Part shown: one piece after another, positions 9,041 through 18,506 of the stretch
Numbering within the stretch: position 1 is the stretch's first letter
How the letters are laid out: every line of letters begins with the position of its first letter
Source: a virus
Direction: 5' to 3' (one strand)
Virus record (IMG/VR): IMGVR_UViG_3300035438_000194
Coordinates: 32,001 to 96,000 of that record
Length of the DNA stretch: 64,000 nucleotides
The notes under the pieces: model-generated
Databases searched by the model: none
What the model was told of the DNA's origin: nothing
The model's input: the letters and a program-made list of their open reading frames with translations, nothing else
Program-made: the position numbers and the translations under genes

Positions 9041-10507
9041 ATGGCACTTCCAATTCAACCTTCAGATACACAAGCAGGATGCAATCCTGTTTCTAGTAAC
9101 TGCGTAATCTGGCAAGGGCCAGATATTCCATGCATTACATTATGCAGAGGGGATAGCATTTCTGATGTTACTTATAAGGTAGCAACAGAGCTTTGCACAT
9201 TAGTTAATCAACTTGATATTGTTAATTTTAACGTATCGTGTTTTCCTCCTATTTGTCCTAAGCCTGAAAATATTAATGATCTAATTCAATTTATATTAGA
9301 TCAACTTTGTCTATTACAGGGCGATGTAGCTACTACTAAATCTAATACAGGTTTTGATTGCACTGATGCTTTAAACTGTCAAATATCAATCGCGCCTTGT
9401 TTCCAATACACTAATGCATTTGGTGACTTAGTTACTCAAATGTCTTTGAGCGATTATGCTACAGCTATTGCTACTAAAGTATGTGATATTGTAGATGATA
9501 TTACAACTATCAATGCTACACTTGTAACTATTGATGGACGCTTAGATGTACTTGAGGCATGTGTACTTCCATGCACACCTCCTGTATTTAATGTAACCAT
9601 TCCTACTAGCTGCTTATCAGCTGAAACAGATATTCCACTTGAGACATTTGTAGAAGATCTTGAGGCTGCTTTCTGCGCATTGCAAACAGCAACTGGTAAT
9701 CCTACTGAAATTGCAGGTGCTATTGCTCAGCAATGCATTAACTTAGATACTACTCCAACTATTAATAATGCAGCTGTTACTTACAATGCATTACCAGGTT
9801 GGGTAAATGCTGGTTCATATAATACAATGGCGGATGCTATTAACAATATGTGGATTACAATCTGTGATATCAGAACTGCTGTGCAAAGTGTTGTAACTAA
9901 CTGTTGCAATCCAACATGTGCTGATGTGGATATTACAATGACCTCTAGCTTTACTAGCCCTAACTTATCACTTGTATTTAATGGTACAGCACCCGGTTTC
10001 TCAGATTGTTATCCTGCAGGTATGTATGTAACAATTACAGATGCTTATGGAGTATCTTATATAGAACAGGTTTCAGTTATTCCTAACTTAGGCGCTGGTG
10101 CTCAAATTATTGATCTTACATTATCAGGATTGAACTTATTTACAAACTTCACAGTTCAGTTAAATGTTTGTGCTGATAGTGCTGGTCTTAAGTGTAATGA
10201 TACTATTATTCAAACTGTTGAGAATACAGCGCTTTGTCCAGCTATGACTTATGCAGCTGAAACAACCTATATTGACTATACATTTACTAACCCATTGTCC
10301 AGTCCTGTAACATACATTATTGAATGTTGGAACTCAGGTCTTACTGCAATCATTGCATCGAGCACTGAAGTGAATCCTGCAGCTGGTGCTGTAACAGGAT
10401 CTATTACAGGTCTTGTAGCAGCAACTACATATAAATTACGTTTAAGAACAATCATTGGTTCTACAATCAGAGACTGCTCTTATACATCAGTAACTACTAA
10501 ACCCTAA
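9041..10507 (+). CDS. Cys-rich tail fibre-like protein with C-terminal FN3-like domain
   Basis: 27 Cys counted by eye; repeated short amphipathic helices ending in Cys; C-terminal ITGL...TTYKLRLRT FN3 signature. Confidence 0.65.
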   Translation: MALPIQPSDTQAGCNPVSSNCVIWQGPDIPCITLCRGDSISDVTYKVATELCTLVNQLDIVNFNVSCFPPICPKPENINDLIQFILDQLCLLQGDVATTKSNTGFDCTDALNCQISIAPCFQYTNAFGDLVTQMSLSDYATAIATKVCDIVDDITTINATLVTIDGRLDVLEACVLPCTPPVFNVTIPTSCLSAETDIPLETFVEDLEAAFCALQTATGNPTEIAGAIAQQCINLDTTPTINNAAVTYNALPGWVNAGSYNTMADAINNMWITICDIRTAVQSVVTNCCNPTCADVDITMTSSFTSPNLSLVFNGTAPGFSDCYPAGMYVTITDAYGVSYIEQVSVIPNLGAGAQIIDLTLSGLNLFTNFTVQLNVCADSAGLKCNDTIIQTVENTALCPAMTYAAETTYIDYTFTNPLSSPVTYIIECWNSGLTAIIASSTEVNPAAGAVTGSITGLVAATTYKLRLRTIIGSTIRDCSYTSVTTKP

Positions 10508-10511
10508 TTAA

Positions 10512-11060
10512 ATGGCTTGCTCAAATTGTAATTGTAATAATAACACATGTGGTTGTAAGGATACTCCCCTTACAACTGCACCTGTATATACATGCCCTCC
10601 CGATATAACTTGCCCGGATCCAACTCCGTGCTATGAGACTATCCAGGACACTTGTGTAAAACACAGTTCTCTATACTCTATATATCAGTTTGGTATTGGT
10701 ATAGCTAATAATGATTATTATCCGGTACTATCTGCAGGTGCATCTTTAGAAAATGCATATCAAGCATTATCAGTTGGAACTCTAAATACAGACTGTCTTC
10801 CTCCTATTAATGTGCATCCTAGTTACGTGGGTACAACAGCTATTATACTTAACTGGGAAGATACTGGTGCAGATAGTTACACTGTAGATTATGGTACAGT
10901 ACCAGGTGTGTATACAACTACACCTAGCTTAACAACTCCTACATTTACACTTACTCTTTTAAATTCTAATACCAACTATTATTTTAGAGTAAGAACAGAT
11001 TGTGATGGCGATAGTTCTATTAGCGCAACCATTATAGTAAAGACATTACCCGTATTATAG
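10512..11060 (+). CDS. Cys-rich fibre-associated protein with FN3 domain
   Basis: TTAIILNW...SYTVDY...LTLL.SNTNYYFRVRT.C FN3 signature. Confidence 0.7.
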   Translation: MACSNCNCNNNTCGCKDTPLTTAPVYTCPPDITCPDPTPCYETIQDTCVKHSSLYSIYQFGIGIANNDYYPVLSAGASLENAYQALSVGTLNTDCLPPINVHPSYVGTTAIILNWEDTGADSYTVDYGTVPGVYTTTPSLTTPTFTLTLLNSNTNYYFRVRTDCDGDSSISATIIVKTLPVL

Positions 11061-11090
11061 TCCACGTTTGTTGGTTTAGCGTGACTAAAC
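11058..11090 (+). ncRNA. Candidate structured RNA element: hairpin with UGUUGGUUU loop and an alternative fold
   Basis: TAGT-c-CACGTT pairs with AGCGTG-ACTA; alternative stem GTTTAG/CTAAAC. Confidence 0.35.
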
Positions 11091-11096
11091 AGGAGG

Positions 11097-11123
11097 ACCC
11101 CTGGGCGAAGGCTCGGGGGTTTT
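11097..11123 (+). terminator. Rho-independent terminator after the fibre genes
   Basis: ACCCCTGGGC-gaag-GCTCGGGGGT (with G-U pairs) followed by a short T tract. Confidence 0.75.
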
Positions 11124-11173
11124 CTACTATATTTGTTTAGTAATCAGTAATGTATTACTTTTAAAGCTGCGAG

Positions 11174-11190
11174 AAATTTTGTAAATTATA
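11174..11190 (+). promoter_or_regulatory. Putative late promoter motif AAATTTTGTAAATTATA (copy 2)
   Basis: Identical to 9021-9037; lies directly after a terminator. Confidence 0.55.
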
Positions 11191-11199
11191 GTAGGGGAT

Positions 11200-11790
11200 A
11201 TGGAAACTTTTGAAAAAGTAGATCTTAGTTTACCTAGATATAGGGCTAAGGCACATGAGGTGGACGGTAAAGACTTCTTTAAGGCTTTATGTAAGAAGAT
11301 GCCAAAGGCTAAAGAGCTGGGTCATTCTAAAGTAAAGAAACTTATAAAGGCATTCAATGAGAGCATCACTGATGTTGTTATTGAAAACCGAGATGGAGTT
11401 GAACTATTAGAAGGCATAGGATACATCTTTATACTTAGTTGTAACATTAAGGTTAAAGAGAATGTAGACTACGCCAAGTCTAAGAAGTATGGTGTAAAGG
11501 TTTTGCATAAGAACTGGGAGACAGAAGGTAAAGTTGGTAAAATAGCTTACACTAACTGTAAGGTAAAATATAAGATCAAAGACAGCAATGTGTGGTTGTT
11601 TAGACCATGCAGAAGATTTAAGAAAGCTGTCTCCAAAGCTTATGTTGAAGACTGGACAAAATATATTGAACTAGCTAGAAATGAAAAGGTTTCTGCTCTG
11701 ATAGACAGACAGGTTAAACAAAGAGACTATGGTAGGAAACTAACGTCACAAAAGCTAGAGACTTATAATGAATTTGATTTAAACGATTAA
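11200..11790 (+). CDS. IHF/HU-like DNA-binding protein of the crAss-like tail block
   Basis: Basic; helix KKLIKAFNESITDVV followed by GVEL..GIG.I strand; typical position before tail ring genes. Confidence 0.65.
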   Translation: METFEKVDLSLPRYRAKAHEVDGKDFFKALCKKMPKAKELGHSKVKKLIKAFNESITDVVIENRDGVELLEGIGYIFILSCNIKVKENVDYAKSKKYGVKVLHKNWETEGKVGKIAYTNCKVKYKIKDSNVWLFRPCRRFKKAVSKAYVEDWTKYIELARNEKVSALIDRQVKQRDYGRKLTSQKLETYNEFDLND

Positions 11791-11791
11791 C

Positions 11792-12457
11792 ATGAATACA
11801 ATAGGAGAAGCAATATCAAGGGTTAGAAACGGTATCAAAGCTGTTGATACTGATTCCTTCATCACTGATAGATTGATATACAGTAACATTATTAAGTATG
11901 CTAAGATGTATATCAAACAACAAACAGCTCAAAGCAGTCAGACTAGATTTAATAGTCTTTATGTTAAGCTTCCTTGTGTGGATCTTATTGAAGTAGACAA
12001 AGTAGAAGCATGCTGTGAGGTTAAGTCTGGTGTTCTTATTAAGAGAACAAAAGACAAACTACCGGGTGTACTAGAGGGTGGTCAGGGTTTATTACTTAGA
12101 ACCGTGGCATCAGTAGATAACTCTATTGAAGCTTACAGAAGCACACCACAGTTTTATACTGCTCAACAGAAAACATCTGGAGCACGTTACAACAAAACAA
12201 AATATTACTGGTATCTTAATGGGTATTTATATCTACCTAATGTAGACTGGGATGCAATCACTATAGAAGGAATCTTTGAGAATAAGTTAATGCCTACATG
12301 TGATGATCCTTGTGCACCTATTCAAGACCAGTTTCTCAATATACCTGCAGAGTTGTTTGCTCAAGTAGAGCAGCAAGTTATTAATGACTTTATCAGAATG
12401 TCTCAGATTAATACTGATCCAGCTATTGCGGATAAACAATCACAACTTAGATCATAA
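11792..12457 (+). CDS. Putative tail ring/tubular protein
   Basis: Synteny; YYWYLNGYLY..N......I.GIFE motif of crAss-like ring proteins. Confidence 0.55.
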   Translation: MNTIGEAISRVRNGIKAVDTDSFITDRLIYSNIIKYAKMYIKQQTAQSSQTRFNSLYVKLPCVDLIEVDKVEACCEVKSGVLIKRTKDKLPGVLEGGQGLLLRTVASVDNSIEAYRSTPQFYTAQQKTSGARYNKTKYYWYLNGYLYLPNVDWDAITIEGIFENKLMPTCDDPCAPIQDQFLNIPAELFAQVEQQVINDFIRMSQINTDPAIADKQSQLRS

Positions 12458-13359
12458 TGAACTACAACTACACACTTAAATATAGAACCTTTACTTCATT
12501 ACTTGAAGATGTAAGAACAGACTTGAAGAGTCTAACTACTGATGGTGTAATTGATCCTTCTCAATTGATCAAAGTTGCTATGAGAGTTAACTATGATCTT
12601 GGTCTTAGAATCTACATGACTAAGGAAAGAGTATTAACTATTGAGAAAGGTAGAGTTAGATTACCAGATGACTTCTATGTAATGAACTTTGCTATGCTAT
12701 GCGGTGAGCAAACGGTTAGTACTGTTAGCCCGCAAGGTACTAATATTCAAGAAGTTGTACCAGAGTACAGACCTTGGATTGATGAGCTACCTTGTACTAA
12801 TGATATAAATCTTGGAGAGAAAGCGTGTCTTACCAAATGCGGTAACAGCTATGAACTTATCCAAGTTATTGGTACTCAGGAGAGAACATACAAGTTAATG
12901 GAGCCTGTATCTTTTAAGAACTCTCAGTATGTAGATTGTGACTGCCCTAACTTAAGTTACAGAAGTCATAATGCTGCTTATATAAAAGATGGATGGATCT
13001 ACATAAACCTTGAAGACGGTAAGATGTATCTTAACTACCAAGGTACTCTTGAGGATGATGAAGGTGACTTGATGGTACCAGATCATCCAATGATCAATGA
13101 GTACTATGAATATGCCCTTAAGAAACGTATACTAGAGAACTTAATTATGGACGGTGCTAATGTAACTAACCAATTACAATTAGTTATGCAAGAGTACAGA
13201 ACCGCTAGAAACTATGCACTCTCTATTGTTAATACTCCTAACTTCTCTGAGATGGAAAAAGTATGGGCTATGAACCGTAAAGCAATGTACGCTAAGTACT
13301 ACGATATGTTCAAGTCTTACTTTATACCAACTAAGTTTAATATAAATAACGCTGTATAA
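12457..13359 (+). CDS. Putative tail tubular/ring protein (P22 gp4-like)
   Basis: GRVRLPDDF...YLNYQG..DDEG.LMVPD motifs; directly precedes the stabilisation protein. Confidence 0.6.
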   Translation: MNYNYTLKYRTFTSLLEDVRTDLKSLTTDGVIDPSQLIKVAMRVNYDLGLRIYMTKERVLTIEKGRVRLPDDFYVMNFAMLCGEQTVSTVSPQGTNIQEVVPEYRPWIDELPCTNDINLGEKACLTKCGNSYELIQVIGTQERTYKLMEPVSFKNSQYVDCDCPNLSYRSHNAAYIKDGWIYINLEDGKMYLNYQGTLEDDEGDLMVPDHPMINEYYEYALKKRILENLIMDGANVTNQLQLVMQEYRTARNYALSIVNTPNFSEMEKVWAMNRKAMYAKYYDMFKSYFIPTKFNINNAV

Positions 13360-13361
13360 GT

Positions 13362-16300
13362 ATGGCTAAAAATATGCAAGGCGGCATCAGCGCTGAAACA
13401 GATGTTTTTAATAAAGGTCTGGTTAAAGATTTTGATGATGTTTATAATCCTGAAGGAGCGTGGTCTCATGCCCGCAATGCTGTTAACAATAGTGTAACGG
13501 GTAAGATTGGTGTGCTTGGTAATGAACCTGCAAATGGTTTCTGCACACAAGCCCCCTACACGGTAATTGGTGCAATCAACCTAACATTAGATAAGTGGAT
13601 TATATATTCTACTGATGATACTAATAGTGAGATTGGATACTTTGAAGAAGATGCTTGTGCATATACAACTATAGTAAATGATCCTTGCTTAGGTTTTAAA
13701 AAGACCAACTTAATTAGTGGTATTTCAAAGGAGAACTTTGATTGCTCTTGGCAAGTATACTGGGCAGATGGTTTGAATCCAGATAGAACTCTTAATGTAG
13801 GAAACTATCTTAATGCTCCTTTCACACAACCTTGGCCAGGTGTACCCTATGTATGTAGAGATACTTTAAGCGGACCGTGTGAGAACTGTGAGCCTATCTT
13901 ACCATTACAGTTAGACTGTGATAAGATAAGACTATCTAAGTTAATGAGCACACCTTGTGTGACTGTAAGTAAAGGTTCTTCAGGTGGTACACTTCAGAAT
14001 GGATCCTATTATGCAATTATTGCATATTCCGTTAACCAGCAAAAGGTAACTGATTACTTTACACCTAGTAACGTACAAGCGTTATTTGAGCATGATAACT
14101 TATCAGGATCTTTATTGATCACTGTTACAAATGCGGAAACTGAAGTATTTGATGAGTTTGAATTGACTATAGTAAGAACTATTAATCAACAAACTAGTGC
14201 TAAGAAGATTGGGTACTACAATACTAATGGTGTTGTAGAGATCCCGTTAGATTATATTAATGAGGCACTTGTAACAGTTCCTATTGAGACTATTCCTATC
14301 AGAACTCCTGAGTATGAAAAGTCTGAGGCTATTTATAGAAATGGAACATATGCATTGCGTGTGGCTCCTACTAGTAAGTTTGACTTTAACTACCAACCAT
14401 TAGCTAATCAGATTGAAGCTGAATGGGTTATGGTAGAACAACCATATAACTACTATGCAAAAGGTGGTAATGAAACAGGGTACATGCGTGATGAACAGTA
14501 TGCATTCTGGATCAGATGGGTCTATAATACAGGAGAGAAATCTAGCTCTTACCATATCCCAGGTAGGCCTAAGCAAGTAGGACTTGAGATTGATAACGCA
14601 GGATTGGATCTACCAACTCCTGGTTTGGGTTCTGCAGACAATATTGAACTAGCTCAGTTTAATGATGAGGGTGGTGTGTATCAGGCCCCTAAGTTATGGG
14701 AGATGATAAATACTGCTTATGCAACAACATCTAACTTACCTACTGATGCTGCACCTGTAGTTTCAGGTCAAGTTGTAGCACGCGGTAAAATGGGTTACTG
14801 GGAATCAACAGAAACATATCCTGCTGATAATCATGAAGTATGGGATGCAAGTGCTCACACTTGGTCTAATACTGGTATGAGTTATCATGACTTATGCGGT
14901 AAGCCTATCAGACATCATAAGATGCCAGCTGACATAGTTAATACTACATCTAACAGTGATGGTAGTGTATCTAACTACTCGCGCGTGCGTACAGACGGAG
15001 CTGTTCCAAAAGCAATTAGAATACTAGGAACATCCTTTAGTAATATCAGACCTCCTGTAGATAACAACGGTGTGTTGATACCAGGTATTGTGGGATATGA
15101 AATACTTAGAAGTTCTCGTGAGGGAAACAAATCTGTAGTAGCAAAAGGTATTATTAATAACATGCGTTCTTATCAGAATGCGGATAATGATAAAATATAC
15201 TACCAGAACTATCCATATAATCCACTAGGTACTGACTACAGTTTAACAACAAAACCTTGGACGGATACTGATGGTTGGAATGATGATAAGAACTTACTTA
15301 AGTCTTATAGTAAATCATTATTTACTTTTCACTCGCCTGATACTCAGTTTAAGAATCCGTTCTTATCTGCACAAGAGTTAAGACTCTATGGTGAGGTTGG
15401 ATCTGAGAATAATGTTAGTGGTAACTTTCAAAAGGTTAATGAGCATCCTAAAGAAAAGCTACCAACTAATATTGCGTTTGCCGTATCAATGGCTGTAGGT
15501 ATAGCCCTTGCTGGTAAAGCTGTGCAAGGTAAAGAAACAAGAGCTATTGAATTACCTAGAATTTTTAATGCTGGTGTTAATGGTACAGCTGGAGTTTCTA
15601 CAGGTAGTGCTGTAATAGTAAATCCTATTACAGGTTCAAATACATCTGAGGCTACTTATCAAGAAACAGCTTCATCCACTATTAATACAGCAGCCGTTGC
15701 TGTTGGATTACCTAGTGCAATAAATGTTTTAAATGCAAGTGCAGAAACTATGAACGCTACGCTTGTGGGCGTTCCTACAGTAGGTGGCGGTATAGGTGGT
15801 GCAAAAAATAATACTATTGAGAAAAGTGATACTGAGTATATGCCTGCCGGTGTAAAAATCTTTGGTGGTATTATAACTTATGCTCAGTATATGGTGCAAG
15901 GAGCTGATGCTACTTTGGATATTATAAGAGGTTTTTCTAAGTACCAGCAGTTTGCAGTATCTTATATATCACATGGTGATATGCATAAGCACAACATAGG
16001 TAACGCTAAACATACTACAGGTACTTCTAGACGTTATATAAGAAACTCTAATTATTTAGATAATCAGTTACAACAGTTTGGTGAACTTACAATTAATAAC
16101 GCATACAGAGGTAGAGCTGTTGTTGTAGATTTAGTTAAAGCAAACGGTGGTGGTATAATAGAAGGTGATATTAATAACCCTTCTCAAACAGATAACACTG
16201 CACAAATTATAAGTACTGCTATGACCAGCGGATTGCTTACTTATAATCCAAACAAACCAATGGATGGTGATAATAATGCTCAACATCACTTTGATACATT

Positions 16301-18506
16301 TAATACAACAGCAATTTCCTACTATGCTGGTATGAAGATTAGACTTCGTAACCAGTATGGTCAGTTAGATTCTATTAGACAGCTTACAACTGGTTGTTAC
16401 AATCCTGTAAGAAATGTAACATTAGGATCAAGATTTACATCAGCTGTTACATTTGGTGGAGATGTTTATATAGGAAGATATACTGAGAAAAATACTTTCT
16501 TTTATTTCTATGACTGGATGGTAAATCAACCTGATGGGACTGAGTTTGATTATAGACTTAGATCAATGATTAACAATCCTAGATTCTGGGCTGACTTTAC
16601 TAAGTTTGACACCAACCAGTTTATACAGAATGTAATAGGAAGTATTATAAGTTTACCACCACAACTAGGAAACTTAATATCAGATGGTATTCCATCAGCC
16701 CTTAGCAATCTTGATTTAACCATTGGTACAAATACTATTAATGGAGGAGGTATTTCTTTTGGGGATATGGCTCAATCAATTGCTGCTTTCTTCAGGTTAA
16801 TGAAGAAGAACTGTTACTTCTACTTATTCCAATCAGGTGTAAGAGACTTCTTTGTTGAGTCTGAAATAAATGTAGATCTAAGAGACTGGGGAACACAACC
16901 AAGTGAATGGCACTATGATCCATACAGAAGAACAGACCTTCAACAATTATTTAATATTGATATTATTAAGTCTGGTAACTACTTTAAGTATGACCTTTCA
17001 TTAAGTGTATCTAGAATATTTAACAACTTCATTTCATGGGGTAACATGCAGCCTAGATATTATAATCCGTATATTGCTGAGACATGTTATACACATTATA
17101 AGAATAGAATTGTATATTCATTACCGCAAACACAAGATGCTATAAGAGACTCATGGAAAGTTTATCTAGCTAATAACTATAAAGATTTTACATCACGAGT
17201 TACTGCAGTTAAACCTATTGGTAAGACCGGAGCTTTAATATTATTTGATAGAGACTCTCCTGTGCAATTCTTAAGTAGTGAATCAATGGAGTTAGACTTG
17301 GGAACTAAGATAACTATTGGTGACGGTAGTTTATTCTCTCAAGCAATGCAGAACTTATCTAACTCTGATCCTGAATACCAACATGGTTCTTGTCAGAATA
17401 GATTATCTGTAATTAATACCCCAGCTGGTATATACTTTATGAGTCAGTCCCAGGGTAAGATCTTTGCTGTTACGGGAGAAGGTTTGCAAGAAATATCAGC
17501 AGCAGGAATGCGTTGGTGGTTTAATAAGTATTTACCATATACTTTATTAGAAGACTATCCTAACTTTGAGTTAGTGGATAACCCGGTTGTAGGTATTGGT
17601 TGTCAGTCTACATTTGATAATACTAATATCTTATTGTATTTCTGTAAGAAAGACTATAGAGTTAGACCGGAGTATAAAGATAGAATCACATACGGTAGAG
17701 CAAAGGACCCACGTTACTTTACTTTAGACGGTCTTCACAATATCATATTAGGTGATCCTATATATTTTGAGGATACATCTTGGACTATTAGTTATGACCC
17801 TAAAGCGCAAGCATGGATATCATTCCATGACTGGCACCCAGAGTTAGCTATTGCAAGTAAAACAAACTTCTTAACTACTCAGACCGGCCTTCTTGGGGAA
17901 GGTAAGATATGGAGACATAACCAAAGAACTGATGCATTTGCAAACTACTATGGTCAAGACTACCCATTTGAAATTGAGTTTATTAGTAATACAGGACAAC
18001 AGGTAAACACACTTAAGAGTATTGAGTACCAGTTAGAGTGTTACACATACCGCACAGATGGGTTAGATACATACCATGTGCTCGATCACAACTTTGATCA
18101 TGCTGTAATATCCAACACTGAACAAGTTTCTGGTTTACTTAACTTGAATATTATGCCTAAGAACAATGCACCAGCATTGGTAAACTATCCTGTAGTAAAC
18201 TTAGGTAGCATTGATATTCTTTATAGTAAAGTAGAACAGAAATATAGATTCAATCAATTCTGGGATATTACTAGAGACCGTGGTGAGTATACTTACCCTA
18301 ACGTTCAACAACCTATTTGGAATACAGAACTAAATGGTTATATTAGAACACTGAATCCTAACAACTTGAACTATCAGAAACCTGCATTCCAGCATAAGAA
18401 GTTTAGACACTACACATCTTATGTACTGTTATACAGAAATGTATCAGGACCTGTGAAAATGTTGTTCAGGTTATCTACTAATAAGAATCTTAACTCACCT
18501 AGATAA
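13362..18506 (+). CDS. Tail stabilisation/muzzle protein (P22 gp10-like, crAss-type)
   Basis: 1714 aa; N-terminal FNKGL.KD...ARNA; GYMRDEQYAF.I; C-terminal WTISYDP...WISFHDW.P beta-propeller motifs. Confidence 0.75.
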   Translation: MAKNMQGGISAETDVFNKGLVKDFDDVYNPEGAWSHARNAVNNSVTGKIGVLGNEPANGFCTQAPYTVIGAINLTLDKWIIYSTDDTNSEIGYFEEDACAYTTIVNDPCLGFKKTNLISGISKENFDCSWQVYWADGLNPDRTLNVGNYLNAPFTQPWPGVPYVCRDTLSGPCENCEPILPLQLDCDKIRLSKLMSTPCVTVSKGSSGGTLQNGSYYAIIAYSVNQQKVTDYFTPSNVQALFEHDNLSGSLLITVTNAETEVFDEFELTIVRTINQQTSAKKIGYYNTNGVVEIPLDYINEALVTVPIETIPIRTPEYEKSEAIYRNGTYALRVAPTSKFDFNYQPLANQIEAEWVMVEQPYNYYAKGGNETGYMRDEQYAFWIRWVYNTGEKSSSYHIPGRPKQVGLEIDNAGLDLPTPGLGSADNIELAQFNDEGGVYQAPKLWEMINTAYATTSNLPTDAAPVVSGQVVARGKMGYWESTETYPADNHEVWDASAHTWSNTGMSYHDLCGKPIRHHKMPADIVNTTSNSDGSVSNYSRVRTDGAVPKAIRILGTSFSNIRPPVDNNGVLIPGIVGYEILRSSREGNKSVVAKGIINNMRSYQNADNDKIYYQNYPYNPLGTDYSLTTKPWTDTDGWNDDKNLLKSYSKSLFTFHSPDTQFKNPFLSAQELRLYGEVGSENNVSGNFQKVNEHPKEKLPTNIAFAVSMAVGIALAGKAVQGKETRAIELPRIFNAGVNGTAGVSTGSAVIVNPITGSNTSEATYQETASSTINTAAVAVGLPSAINVLNASAETMNATLVGVPTVGGGIGGAKNNTIEKSDTEYMPAGVKIFGGIITYAQYMVQGADATLDIIRGFSKYQQFAVSYISHGDMHKHNIGNAKHTTGTSRRYIRNSNYLDNQLQQFGELTINNAYRGRAVVVDLVKANGGGIIEGDINNPSQTDNTAQIISTAMTSGLLTYNPNKPMDGDNNAQHHFDTFNTTAISYYAGMKIRLRNQYGQLDSIRQLTTGCYNPVRNVTLGSRFTSAVTFGGDVYIGRYTEKNTFFYFYDWMVNQPDGTEFDYRLRSMINNPRFWADFTKFDTNQFIQNVIGSIISLPPQLGNLISDGIPSALSNLDLTIGTNTINGGGISFGDMAQSIAAFFRLMKKNCYFYLFQSGVRDFFVESEINVDLRDWGTQPSEWHYDPYRRTDLQQLFNIDIIKSGNYFKYDLSLSVSRIFNNFISWGNMQPRYYNPYIAETCYTHYKNRIVYSLPQTQDAIRDSWKVYLANNYKDFTSRVTAVKPIGKTGALILFDRDSPVQFLSSESMELDLGTKITIGDGSLFSQAMQNLSNSDPEYQHGSCQNRLSVINTPAGIYFMSQSQGKIFAVTGEGLQEISAAGMRWWFNKYLPYTLLEDYPNFELVDNPVVGIGCQSTFDNTNILLYFCKKDYRVRPEYKDRITYGRAKDPRYFTLDGLHNIILGDPIYFEDTSWTISYDPKAQAWISFHDWHPELAIASKTNFLTTQTGLLGEGKIWRHNQRTDAFANYYGQDYPFEIEFISNTGQQVNTLKSIEYQLECYTYRTDGLDTYHVLDHNFDHAVISNTEQVSGLLNLNIMPKNNAPALVNYPVVNLGSIDILYSKVEQKYRFNQFWDITRDRGEYTYPNVQQPIWNTELNGYIRTLNPNNLNYQKPAFQHKKFRHYTSYVLLYRNVSGPVKMLFRLSTNKNLNSPR

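Noticed and set aside
7525-11060. Diversity-generating retroelement or invertible cassette acting on the fibre genes
   Set aside because: No reverse transcriptase, recombinase or template/variable repeat pair seen in this window
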